A DNA stretch of 64,000 nucleotides from Candidatus Obscuribacterales bacterium (GTDB lineage: Bacteria > Cyanobacteriota > Vampirovibrionia > Obscuribacterales > Obscuribacteraceae), in NCBI GenBank assembly GCA_965228855.1, contig CBDDIJ010000003.1:3584001-3648000 (forward strand), given 5' to 3'. Each line of letters begins with the position of its first letter. The first letter of the stretch is position 1. The notes below the pieces were generated by a model. That model did not search any database. It had not been told where the DNA came from and worked only from the letters and a program-made list of their open reading frames with translations. Below are positions 20,231 to 28,546 of this stretch, one piece after another. The position numbers and the translations under genes are program-made.

Positions 20231-20578
20231 TCAGCACAACATAGCACAGTTAATCAGCCAGATTGGCGGCTGGCGGTGCTCGACCGGAGTCTGATTTTCC
20301 GGCACGTAATGGTGTTTATCCGCGACTGCAACGAAGAGGCCGCGCAACACCGCACTCAGAATTCTCACTCGGACATCATCACGTCCGGAAATCGGGTCGA
20401 CGCTAGCGGTAGACAGCGGCGATCCGATGAACGGAAAGCCGTATTGCAGGCTTTGCTTGGACTCGAGCTGCTTCAAGGAGGCGGACGCCTGGTCAGGCGC
20501 GTCAAGATAGCGGCACGTCAAAAACGCCGAAAAGGCGAACGCCACTAGCATCAACGCGAAGCCCCTAGCGGTAAGCAC
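20231..20578 (-). CDS. Small exported/membrane-anchored protein, possible leader of the CPA2 gene
   Basis: GGAGG RBS 6 nt before GTG, N-terminal hydrophobic segment, C-terminus HRQPPIWLINCAMLC. Confidence 0.65.
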   Translation of the reverse strand: MLTARGFALMLVAFAFSAFLTCRYLDAPDQASASLKQLESKQSLQYGFPFIGSPLSTASVDPISGRDDVRVRILSAVLRGLFVAVADKHHYVPENQTPVEHRQPPIWLINCAMLC

Positions 20579-20694
20579 TATGTTCCTCCGAACCCTTTGC
20601 TACCATTCTACCTTATGGTTAGTTTGCGAAGTGCTTTCATAATTTTTGTTATCAGCACTTACCGCTTCGGACCGAAACAACCGCAATTGAAACT

Positions 20695-21978
20695 CTAGAT
20701 TGTAGTCTTCCCTGGTTTCGAACTTTGCTGAACCGGAATCGAGTTTGAAGGCACCGTCGGATCGACGCCATCAGGACGTTTCAATCTAACAAGAATAAAT
20801 TGTTCGGTCCGATCTTTTCCAAAGTGCACCAGGATTGGCGCATCATCCTTCAACAAATTAGCGAGCCCGGTGTCATAGACCACGCTCTTATTGGATCCGA
20901 CAGTCCACGCACAGCGCTGCGATTTCTTGTCGAGTTTTCCTTTTACCTGCTGATTCTGGTCAGCGAGCATGTCGTAATAGTTGCCTGCGATGTCACCCTT
21001 AGCGTTAATTGCTAACTGGAACATCGTGGTTGAATCAGTCTGTTGACCTTGAACAAGCGAGAAGACTCCGAGCGGCTTCCACTCGTCCTTCTTCGGCGTT
21101 GTATCACCGGCAGATGTAGCCAGTTTTTGAGCTGAATTGTAATAGTCGGTAGATGTGCCAACCGGTTGATTATTGTAATAAACATTGTTGTTGTTGTAGG
21201 TAACGTTGCCGCCGTATCCGGCTCCAGCTCCGACGTTAAGCGCCAACATGCTGCCTAGCATCGCCCAGTCGGTCACCATCCAGGCAGTAGACATGCCCAT
21301 TCCCATGCCGTAGCCCCAGCCCGGGCAGTACCAGCATCCGGGGTGAGCACCGTACCAGCCGTGACCGTAGAAATTCCCCCATCCATTGAAGTTGTTGCGC
21401 ACAGCTACGCCACGATTCGAGACATAAGTCGGCGAATAATTGAAGTTGTTGTGACCGCCGTTCCAAACGTTGTTTCCGGAGATTTTATCGAAACCCCAAC
21501 CGTTTTTTTCATTGTTCCAATTGTGGTTGTCCCAACCTCGGTCGCCCTGATTGTAGTTGCGAACACCATTATCACCAGCGCGACCACCTTCGCTGCCATT
21601 GCCGGGTTCCAGTGGGCGATTGCGATTTGCAAAGCCACCATCACCAATACCACGATTTCCATCGCCTCCTAAGCCGCGAGCCGGTAATTGAGTCCCGTTG
21701 AAACCGAAATCGTCTCGTCCCAAACCACGATCGCCGGCGCCATCCCATGTGCCACCGCCGCGGTCGAACCCACCGCCACCACGATCAAAGCCGCCGCCGC
21801 CACGATCAAAGCCGCCGCCGCCGAATCCACCACGGTCAAAACCACCACCGCCGAATCCACCGAAGTGACCGCCACCGCCGAAACCACCACCACCGAAGCC
21901 GCCGCCTCTTGCCCAGGCATCGCCGGTGGTACCAAGCAAACTCAATAACAGACTGAGAGCAATAAATCGTTTAAACAT
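20695..21978 (-). CDS. Secreted Gly/Arg-rich low-complexity protein with conserved C-terminal domain (resembles planctomycete proteins annotated 'mu-protocadherin-like')
   Basis: Signal peptide ending AWA-RGGG; GGGGFDR repeats; Asn/Trp-rich centre; C-terminal EWKPLGVFSL...FQLAINAKG...VHFGKDRTEQFILVRL. Confidence 0.85.
   Translation of the reverse strand: MFKRFIALSLLLSLLGTTGDAWARGGGFGGGGFGGGGHFGGFGGGGFDRGGFGGGGFDRGGGGFDRGGGGFDRGGGTWDGAGDRGLGRDDFGFNGTQLPARGLGGDGNRGIGDGGFANRNRPLEPGNGSEGGRAGDNGVRNYNQGDRGWDNHNWNNEKNGWGFDKISGNNVWNGGHNNFNYSPTYVSNRGVAVRNNFNGWGNFYGHGWYGAHPGCWYCPGWGYGMGMGMSTAWMVTDWAMLGSMLALNVGAGAGYGGNVTYNNNNVYYNNQPVGTSTDYYNSAQKLATSAGDTTPKKDEWKPLGVFSLVQGQQTDSTTMFQLAINAKGDIAGNYYDMLADQNQQVKGKLDKKSQRCAWTVGSNKSVVYDTGLANLLKDDAPILVHFGKDRTEQFILVRLKRPDGVDPTVPSNSIPVQQSSKPGKTTI
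21750..21908 (-). repeat. Coding tandem repeats (GGGGFDR / GGGGF)
   Basis: About 21-nt units such as gccgccgccgccacgatcaaa on the + strand. Confidence 0.85.
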
Positions 21979-22030
21979 TTCATTTTCCCCGAGACTTTAA
22001 AACCGTGACAAATCGCTGCTACCAGCCAAT

Positions 22031-23023
22031 TTACAAATGAATTCGGCTCACCGTAATTGAGTCACTGTCCGGAATTAAGAGACCATTTAGCTTACGCCCG
22101 GTCGACCGCCAGGTAAATGTGTCGCTATCCTTAGGTTCAAGATAATTACGCGCCTCTGCACGCCTACCATCAGGCGAAGTGCGCACCATATCGACGGCCC
22201 AGCGTTTTCCGTCTGTAGACCAATGACCATGACCGAAGCCGCCCTCGGAATCGAACATCCACGAGATGATCGCTCTTCGGCGAGGGTCGACGCCGATGAT
22301 TTGAGTGTCTTCGAGCGTCTCGCCATTGTTTGTCTTCACTCGGAAAGTAGTCACCATAAAATGGTGATCGGCCATCCATCGCGTCGACAGCGTCGCTTCG
22401 CCGTTGCTTCCCTTAGCAGACCATTCGCCGGACATCCAGCGCAGTTTATCCAGCGGATTGTCGTAATAACGAGCAGCTTGTTCGGTCACCGAAGCCATTT
22501 CCCATTTGCCATTGTTTTTGACATGGATCACCGTATATGGTGCTTCTGACAGGACCTTGCCATTAGAGTCTTTGACAACCGAAATGCCTTTCTCAATCGC
22601 GCCTTTATCGCCCAGCGCCCGCACTGATTCGACCTTAATCTCTAGATTCTTATCGGCGTCGGCTCGCTTGAAATATTCTTTGAAACAGCGCTCAATTTCA
22701 GCGCGCCCGTCATACCTATTGCCGAATGCATCTAAAAACGTTCCGTTTTCCGCCCACATCGCCGCAAGCGCAGCCGAATCAGCTTTAGCGAAGGCAGCCT
22801 CGTAAGCTCTGGCGTTCTCTTTAATTTCGGCTTCAGACGCCGAGCTAACGGGTTCGCTTTTCTCAGTGGAAGAGGAAACAGAGCTCGTTGATGCGCCGGA
22901 GCCGCTGTCAGCGGTTTCATCCTGCGCATACGCAGCTGATGAGCCGCACAACATCAATGTCCCGGCCGTTAGTGCCGAAATCAGTTGAATCCGACAGTTA
23001 TTCTGCCAACGCTTCCAATGCAT
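22031..23023 (-). CDS. Exported NTF2/SnoaL-fold (SgcJ/EcaC, DUF4440-like) protein with a second beta-rich domain
   Basis: Signal peptide ending AYA; YEAAFAKADSAALAAMWAENG...GRAEIE...GKWEM; second domain LDKLRWMSGEW...IISWMFDSEGGFGHG. GGAGGT RBS before ATG 23023. Confidence 0.85.
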   Translation of the reverse strand: MHWKRWQNNCRIQLISALTAGTLMLCGSSAAYAQDETADSGSGASTSSVSSSTEKSEPVSSASEAEIKENARAYEAAFAKADSAALAAMWAENGTFLDAFGNRYDGRAEIERCFKEYFKRADADKNLEIKVESVRALGDKGAIEKGISVVKDSNGKVLSEAPYTVIHVKNNGKWEMASVTEQAARYYDNPLDKLRWMSGEWSAKGSNGEATLSTRWMADHHFMVTTFRVKTNNGETLEDTQIIGVDPRRRAIISWMFDSEGGFGHGHWSTDGKRWAVDMVRTSPDGRRAEARNYLEPKDSDTFTWRSTGRKLNGLLIPDSDSITVSRIHL

Positions 23024-23142
23024 CTTGCAAACCTCCGAAGTGGATGCCACAACCGCGGCATTTTATCAAAATATTGAGCGCGAAACAGGAGTTACGGTTT
23101 TTATTGTTATTGACGACCTGGAGTCGGGCATCTATTGGAAGT

Positions 23143-24393
23143 ATGTCATCGCTGAAGAGATCGATTGCTGTAGCTTCAATTCTGGCGGCGCTTTCCGCCC
23201 AGAGCCCAGCTTGGGCTCACTATGATATACACGACCATCTTGATGTTGATAACAGTCACAAACACAAGAAGCGCAAAAGCGCAAGCACATCGAAGAAAAA
23301 ACATTCAGCGACAAAGTCGTGGGCAAAATCAGCAGGGAATACTTCTACAATCGATCCCTGGAAGCTGCTTGAGTTTGCAATTTCGCCAGCATATGCCTAC
23401 ACCGGGCGAGTTAGCATGGTATTTCAAGGGCCGTTCCGAGTTATCAAATCGAACGGTATACCAAACCATTCGACAGGTGCGTTCCCAAACGAAGGAAATC
23501 CCAATACGATTTCCGAACAATCGTATGACTACCGGATGCCAAAAGATCCGGAAGAAACCGGCTTTTCAACTCCTCTGGGCATGAATGTCTTCGGCGTCGC
23601 AATTAACGGCGTCCCATTCGACCCGGGAGCCGCTGAGTGGTGGCAGAACAATCCGCGCTCGGGCTGGCAGTACGAAGCCATGTATCTGGGTGCTCGCCTC
23701 GGGCTCGATCAGAATAATGCGCATGTCCAGCCCAATGGTGCGTATCATTATCACGGAATTCCCACGGGCTTGCTGCAGCGCATGGCCGCAGTGGGCAAGC
23801 CGGTCTTGATTGGCTACGCAGCCGATGGTTTTCCTATTTACGGTCCGTATGGCTACAGCAATCCGCTTGATTCAAAGTCAAATTTGAAAAAACTAAAACC
23901 AAGTTATCGCTTGAAGAGCGGCAGCAGACCATCAAATCCAGGTCCCGGAGGCAGGCCTGACGGCGCCTTTATCGAGGATTACGAATACCAGAAGGGACTC
24001 GGTGACCTGGATGACTGCAACGGCATTTACGGCGCCACGCCGGAGTATCCCAAAGGAATTTATCATTACGTGCTTTCCGATGCATATCCCTTCATTCCGC
24101 GGGGCTACAAAGGTACGCCGGATGACAGCTTTAAAAAACGTCGAGGCGGCGGGCCCGGTGTTGGTCCAGGACCAGGTTTCGGCGGAGGTCCGAATGGTCG
24201 CCCGGGACCGGGCAATCAAGGTCGGGACGGGCGCAGACCTGGTCCAGGTCCGGATGGTCGCGGATACCGCCCGCGTAACACCCCCTGGGGTCAGCCGCAG
24301 GGAGAGGATCAACCATTTCCGATGAGACCACCCGGCGGCGGTCCGCCCGGGAATGGCGGTGGTGAACCGCCTATCGGTCCACCTGAGGAGTAA
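23143..24393 (+). CDS. YHYH-domain secreted protein with Pro/Gly-rich tail
   Basis: Signal peptide MSSLKRSIAVASILAALSAQSPAWA; SNGIPNH, NGVPFDP, GAYHYHG, IGYAADGFPIYG, GDLDDCNG and YHY motifs. Confidence 0.92.
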   Translation: MSSLKRSIAVASILAALSAQSPAWAHYDIHDHLDVDNSHKHKKRKSASTSKKKHSATKSWAKSAGNTSTIDPWKLLEFAISPAYAYTGRVSMVFQGPFRVIKSNGIPNHSTGAFPNEGNPNTISEQSYDYRMPKDPEETGFSTPLGMNVFGVAINGVPFDPGAAEWWQNNPRSGWQYEAMYLGARLGLDQNNAHVQPNGAYHYHGIPTGLLQRMAAVGKPVLIGYAADGFPIYGPYGYSNPLDSKSNLKKLKPSYRLKSGSRPSNPGPGGRPDGAFIEDYEYQKGLGDLDDCNGIYGATPEYPKGIYHYVLSDAYPFIPRGYKGTPDDSFKKRRGGGPGVGPGPGFGGGPNGRPGPGNQGRDGRRPGPGPDGRGYRPRNTPWGQPQGEDQPFPMRPPGGGPPGNGGGEPPIGPPEE

Positions 24394-24400
24394 CCAGCTT

Positions 24401-25864
24401 CTACTTCTCTTTTGATTGCAAAAACTGTCGGGCGGCGATCAGCTGCAAATCCGCACTGGTACCAGATATGGTACCAGGAACATTTTTCACTTTGATATCG
24501 GACTGAATGCCCTGTCTATTTGTATTTCCATCGCCGAACCAATGCCCCTGCGGAGAGAGGAATCTGAATGTGGTGAGCTTGAGAGAACTGCCGCCGGGCA
24601 TGCCAGAGAAAATAGTCTGCCCAATGCCCTTGCCGTAGGTGGTACCACCTATGATCGTTCCCACCCCATTCTCTTGCAGAGCAGCTGCTAGAATTTCGGC
24701 TGATGAAGCGGTTTTCTCGTTAACGAGAATCGCCACAGGTTTATCAACAATCGGTTTAAACCGCGCCATTTGAGAATCCGGTCTCACCTCGGGATCTAGC
24801 GATGAAGTCACCGAAATACCACCTGGCGTGAGCACGTAATTCTTCCTCGAATACTGGGGGTTGTCCGGATCCGAGTCCACTCGGCGCGAGATGGTCAGGA
24901 GATTTCCTTTGTCTACGAACAAAGACGCCATTTTCAGGGAACTGTTCAGAAGTCCGCCGATGTTGTCTCTGAGGTCCAGGACGTATGACTTTGCATCGGG
25001 ATGACGTTCGATAGCTGCTTTCAATTGCTCAGGCTGTGCCTCGTTATCCATGGCATCGACTTTCAAGTAGAGCACGCCGTTGGGCAACATCCGATCGTGA
25101 ACCGTGAGCACTTCTTTTTCCGTGCGCTCCACATTCAGCTCAACAAGCTTACCATCGCGAATCACTTTGATACTAAGGGTGGTGCCATCAGCACCGGTAA
25201 TTTTGTTTCGCAAATCTCTCTCGCTGGCGCGAGACACATTTTGACCGTTGACATAAGCCATGGTATCGCCGACTTTAAGCCCTGCTTTCTCGGCACCGCT
25301 GCCGGGAGCGAGACTGCTGATTACGAGATTGTCGCCAATACGCTGAAAGGTTGCGCCGATATCGCCCTCACGCCCCTGGCGCTCGCGTTCAACAGCCTTC
25401 GACTCAACAGGCATGATGACCTCGTTGTACGGGTCACCTGTAGAACGCAGGATTTCGTTGGCAAACTTCAGAGCGTCGGCGTCGGTTTTAATCTGGCAGT
25501 TAAACTTGGTTTTCAGGTCCGGAATTCGAGCAAGTGGGCTCGGGTCGTACATACTGCGAGCCGCTTTGGTAATCAGGTTCTCGTATGCCAGGGAGCGCGG
25601 GCAGGATGCCAGCGGCGGCACCGGCGGAGCGAATACACCAGGGTGAGACGGGGTCAAACGGTCACTGAAGGGCAGATAGGGAATCTGTTCCGATTGTCCG
25701 GTCGTCGGTTTGCCACGCAGATAGGGGTCATCGGTCGGAGCAGCCGGCCGGACCGGCGCCGATACAGCCTGGGCGAGAAGATCCTGGGCTTCGAGGTTAA
25801 GCGAGCTTTCCGCGGGCTTAGGCGCCGCGCTCTGCTTATCGTGGACTCGCTCGAATTCGCCCAA
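24401..25864 (-). CDS. S41A C-terminal processing peptidase (CtpA/Prc-like) with PDZ domain
   Basis: PDZ (GAEKAGLKVGD), LDLRDNIGG, catalytic TASSAEI and TYGKG motifs. No signal peptide seen. Confidence 0.92.
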   Translation of the reverse strand: MGEFERVHDKQSAAPKPAESSLNLEAQDLLAQAVSAPVRPAAPTDDPYLRGKPTTGQSEQIPYLPFSDRLTPSHPGVFAPPVPPLASCPRSLAYENLITKAARSMYDPSPLARIPDLKTKFNCQIKTDADALKFANEILRSTGDPYNEVIMPVESKAVERERQGREGDIGATFQRIGDNLVISSLAPGSGAEKAGLKVGDTMAYVNGQNVSRASERDLRNKITGADGTTLSIKVIRDGKLVELNVERTEKEVLTVHDRMLPNGVLYLKVDAMDNEAQPEQLKAAIERHPDAKSYVLDLRDNIGGLLNSSLKMASLFVDKGNLLTISRRVDSDPDNPQYSRKNYVLTPGGISVTSSLDPEVRPDSQMARFKPIVDKPVAILVNEKTASSAEILAAALQENGVGTIIGGTTYGKGIGQTIFSGMPGGSSLKLTTFRFLSPQGHWFGDGNTNRQGIQSDIKVKNVPGTISGTSADLQLIAARQFLQSKEK

Positions 25865-25972
25865 AGTCTTGTCCTTGAAGAAACTTCCACCCGGAGGCAG
25901 AGAGCTAGAAGCTCTATACCCCCATAATAGTCATGATCAAGCACTTGGGCAATTGTGAAATTACGAAACAGG

Positions 25973-27829
25973 TTACTGGAATCGGTTCACGATGTTCTTG
26001 AACCGGGTTACGAAGTCGGCGGGTGTACTCGGGGGAAACAATAGTTTTGTCAGCAGGTGACTTTCTGTTGGTTCCGAATATGGTGCCATTAACAGTGAAA
26101 CATAGTAAGTTTCATTCGATTGGAAGGGAAGCAATTCGCTTCCCGCATATGCGCCGCTCGTCACCGTCAAATCGCCCAGTACGCCCTCACTCTCCGGAAC
26201 CATTATCTGTTTGACGCTACGAGGCAGCATCAGACTTTTTACGCGATACTCGAAGTGAAATGACTTGTCGGTTTTAACTATTTTTGCTCGCGGATAGAAC
26301 TCCGTGACCAGAGATTCAACTTCTTTGGAAATCCCGGCAAAATCCAGAGGATTCTTGGGTGGAGGTTGCACAGCAGGTACCTCCTGCTTCACCTCAGGAG
26401 CTTTAGCCACTTCAACCGCAGGGGGCGCGTCTGATACCGGCTGTGGTGGCGTTGTTCCCATCGCAGCCAATGTCGGAAACTCGGCATTTAACGTTTTCAA
26501 ATAACCGGCGCAATCCTCATTCGTCGCAAGAGCCAGCTCCAATGCTGGTTTTGCAAGTTGCATGTAGGCTGCGGCGCGGTTCATATCTACCTTTGTGCAT
26601 TCACCGTTGGCATACATCCGACCGAGATAATAGCGCGCGATCGCGTCCTCGTTTTTGCTGCCCTGGTCAAACCATTTCTTCGCCTCACAGAGGTTCTTCG
26701 GAACGCCCTGACCCAGGTAATACAATTCTCCGATACTTACCTTGGCTGGATAGGAACCGGCAGCGTCAGCCCTGCGGAACAGTTCCATCGCCTTCTTATA
26801 GTCCTTCTTGAGTCCGCCCTGGCCCTTCTTTGACATCAAACCGAGTTGATGCAAACTATCAGCATCGCCGGACGCTTCAAAGTATTTACGAGCTCTGGCA
26901 TAATCGCGATTTTGAAACATACCGATATAACTGATACGTCCCAACCAGGTCAAAGCAGCAGGATTTCCGGTCGCAGCCTTTTTCTCGAGTATCGGCTTCG
27001 ACTTCACTATGCACTGCTTTGCCTTGTCCAGGTTTTTCTGCAAACCGTGGCCGCCCTCGAAGTAGACAAAACCGAGCGCGCATTGAGCCAGAGCGTTCTT
27101 TTGATTTGCAGCCATCTCCAGCCATTTCTTCGCCTGCGTAAAATTCTTCTCTACGCCAAAACCGCCCAGGCTGTACAAAATTCCGATGATGACCTTGGTG
27201 TCCGTTCCCTTCGCATCAGCGAGTTTAAAAGCTTCGATTGCCTTGTTATAGTCACGCTCGGTGTCCAATCCATCGCTGTAAATTCTTCCAAGGCAAACAG
27301 CAGCTTCGCCATCAGCAGGTCCGTAATCTAAGTATTTTCGGGCTGCTTTGTAATCGCGAGGTACGCCCTGACCTTTGAAGTAGAGCTTTCCCAGCCATGA
27401 GGCGGCCTCTTTATTGCCATTTTTTACAGCAGCCGAGAACCACTCCGCGGCCTTCTTAGCATCAACCTTGGTTCCCTGACCGAGCAAATACATCTTGCCG
27501 AGGTACAGCTGGTAATTCGGATAGCCTTTCTCCGCCATGATGCGTACAAGAGGGAAAGCCGCGCGGAAATTGCCTTTCTGCAAATAACTCTGCATGGAAG
27601 CAAGGGCAGCCGTCGCGCGTTCACCGCTGCGCTGCAGCTCGTCTTCAAGATCATCGGCTGCGATTGCAGAGCCTTGCAACGCCAATGCACATGCGACCAC
27701 TAAAAGTCCGACCGTTAAATGCCGAGGTCCTGCGTGTCGAGTCCAGATAAGTCGAACGATAGTGTTCAGTTGTCGAACGTCCAATAAATTATTGTTGTGC
27801 ATTGAAACCCGCTGTAGATTGGATTGCAT
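25973..27829 (-). CDS. Secreted SEL1-repeat protein with C-terminal globular domain
   Basis: Hydrophobic signal-like segment; about 9 SEL1 repeats (LGKMYLLGQGTKVD, LGKLYFKGQGVPRDY). Start uncertain. Confidence 0.88.
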   Translation of the reverse strand: MQSNLQRVSMHNNNLLDVRQLNTIVRLIWTRHAGPRHLTVGLLVVACALALQGSAIAADDLEDELQRSGERATAALASMQSYLQKGNFRAAFPLVRIMAEKGYPNYQLYLGKMYLLGQGTKVDAKKAAEWFSAAVKNGNKEAASWLGKLYFKGQGVPRDYKAARKYLDYGPADGEAAVCLGRIYSDGLDTERDYNKAIEAFKLADAKGTDTKVIIGILYSLGGFGVEKNFTQAKKWLEMAANQKNALAQCALGFVYFEGGHGLQKNLDKAKQCIVKSKPILEKKAATGNPAALTWLGRISYIGMFQNRDYARARKYFEASGDADSLHQLGLMSKKGQGGLKKDYKKAMELFRRADAAGSYPAKVSIGELYYLGQGVPKNLCEAKKWFDQGSKNEDAIARYYLGRMYANGECTKVDMNRAAAYMQLAKPALELALATNEDCAGYLKTLNAEFPTLAAMGTTPPQPVSDAPPAVEVAKAPEVKQEVPAVQPPPKNPLDFAGISKEVESLVTEFYPRAKIVKTDKSFHFEYRVKSLMLPRSVKQIMVPESEGVLGDLTVTSGAYAGSELLPFQSNETYYVSLLMAPYSEPTESHLLTKLLFPPSTPADFVTRFKNIVNRFQ

Positions 27830-27907
27830 CTGAATGGTCAGCCTGATGAGGCCTTATTACCACATATGCAAACCTTCAAAACCACTTCAGGTTTCAAAAG
27901 CCTGATG

Positions 27908-28378
27908 TCAGTTTCTCTTCCAGATTTGCCACCACCGGCGGTTCGATTTTTCGTCACTGGAATCGTCAGGAGAGGATAAACCGGCTTCGGGTTCAACAGC
28001 CTCAGCCACCACATACGGCACCACTGTGGTCCGGTTGAAATTAACAGTTGCTTCCAATCGGGTGGGCTGGTTATCGTCCGTCGTTGCCAGAATCTGGTAT
28101 CGACCGGGCAGGAGTTTCAAATGACCTGTGTGATATACGCTTTCAATGCCGCGCTCGTCGTAGAGCTTGACAGTGAGTTCTTGAAACGGCTTGTTCGGTT
28201 TCACATCAAGTGTGCCGACATAATAGGTCGTGTACAACCAGACAGAAACAGTGCTCAGTGCGGCGAATATGGTAAGAGCCTTCGATGCGACGCCCAGATA
28301 AGTATCGGCCTTCTCGACCCTGCCGCGTTTAACGGCTTTGACTTCTGCCTGTTTTCCACTAATTGCCGAACTCGGCAT
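27908..28378 (-). CDS. Single-TM protein with small beta domain (PEGA-like) and C-terminal WWQIWK motif
   Basis: GAGG RBS; TM ALTIFAALSTVSVWLY; LLPGRYQI; ends RRWWQIWKRN. Confidence 0.75.
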   Translation of the reverse strand: MPSSAISGKQAEVKAVKRGRVEKADTYLGVASKALTIFAALSTVSVWLYTTYYVGTLDVKPNKPFQELTVKLYDERGIESVYHTGHLKLLPGRYQILATTDDNQPTRLEATVNFNRTTVVPYVVAEAVEPEAGLSSPDDSSDEKSNRRWWQIWKRN

Positions 28379-28546
28379 AGAAATTTCCTCTTCAAGCCGT
28401 CGTCAATCTTACCAGATGTCAAACCCCTGTCGAGACATCGCCGAGACATCGTTAAGATTAGCGATTTTGAACCTGACTCCAATGCGCGAAAAACTTCGCC
28501 AGTACGCGCTAAGAGAACTTCAGACCGAATGATGCCTTTTTAACAT

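Noticed and set aside
22888..23142. N-terminal extension of the YHYH ORF
   Set aside because: It overlaps the divergent gene, and the signal peptide begins at ATG 23143.
25001..25927. 308-aa + strand ORF
   Set aside because: Antisense to the well-supported S41 protease, with no recognisable motifs.
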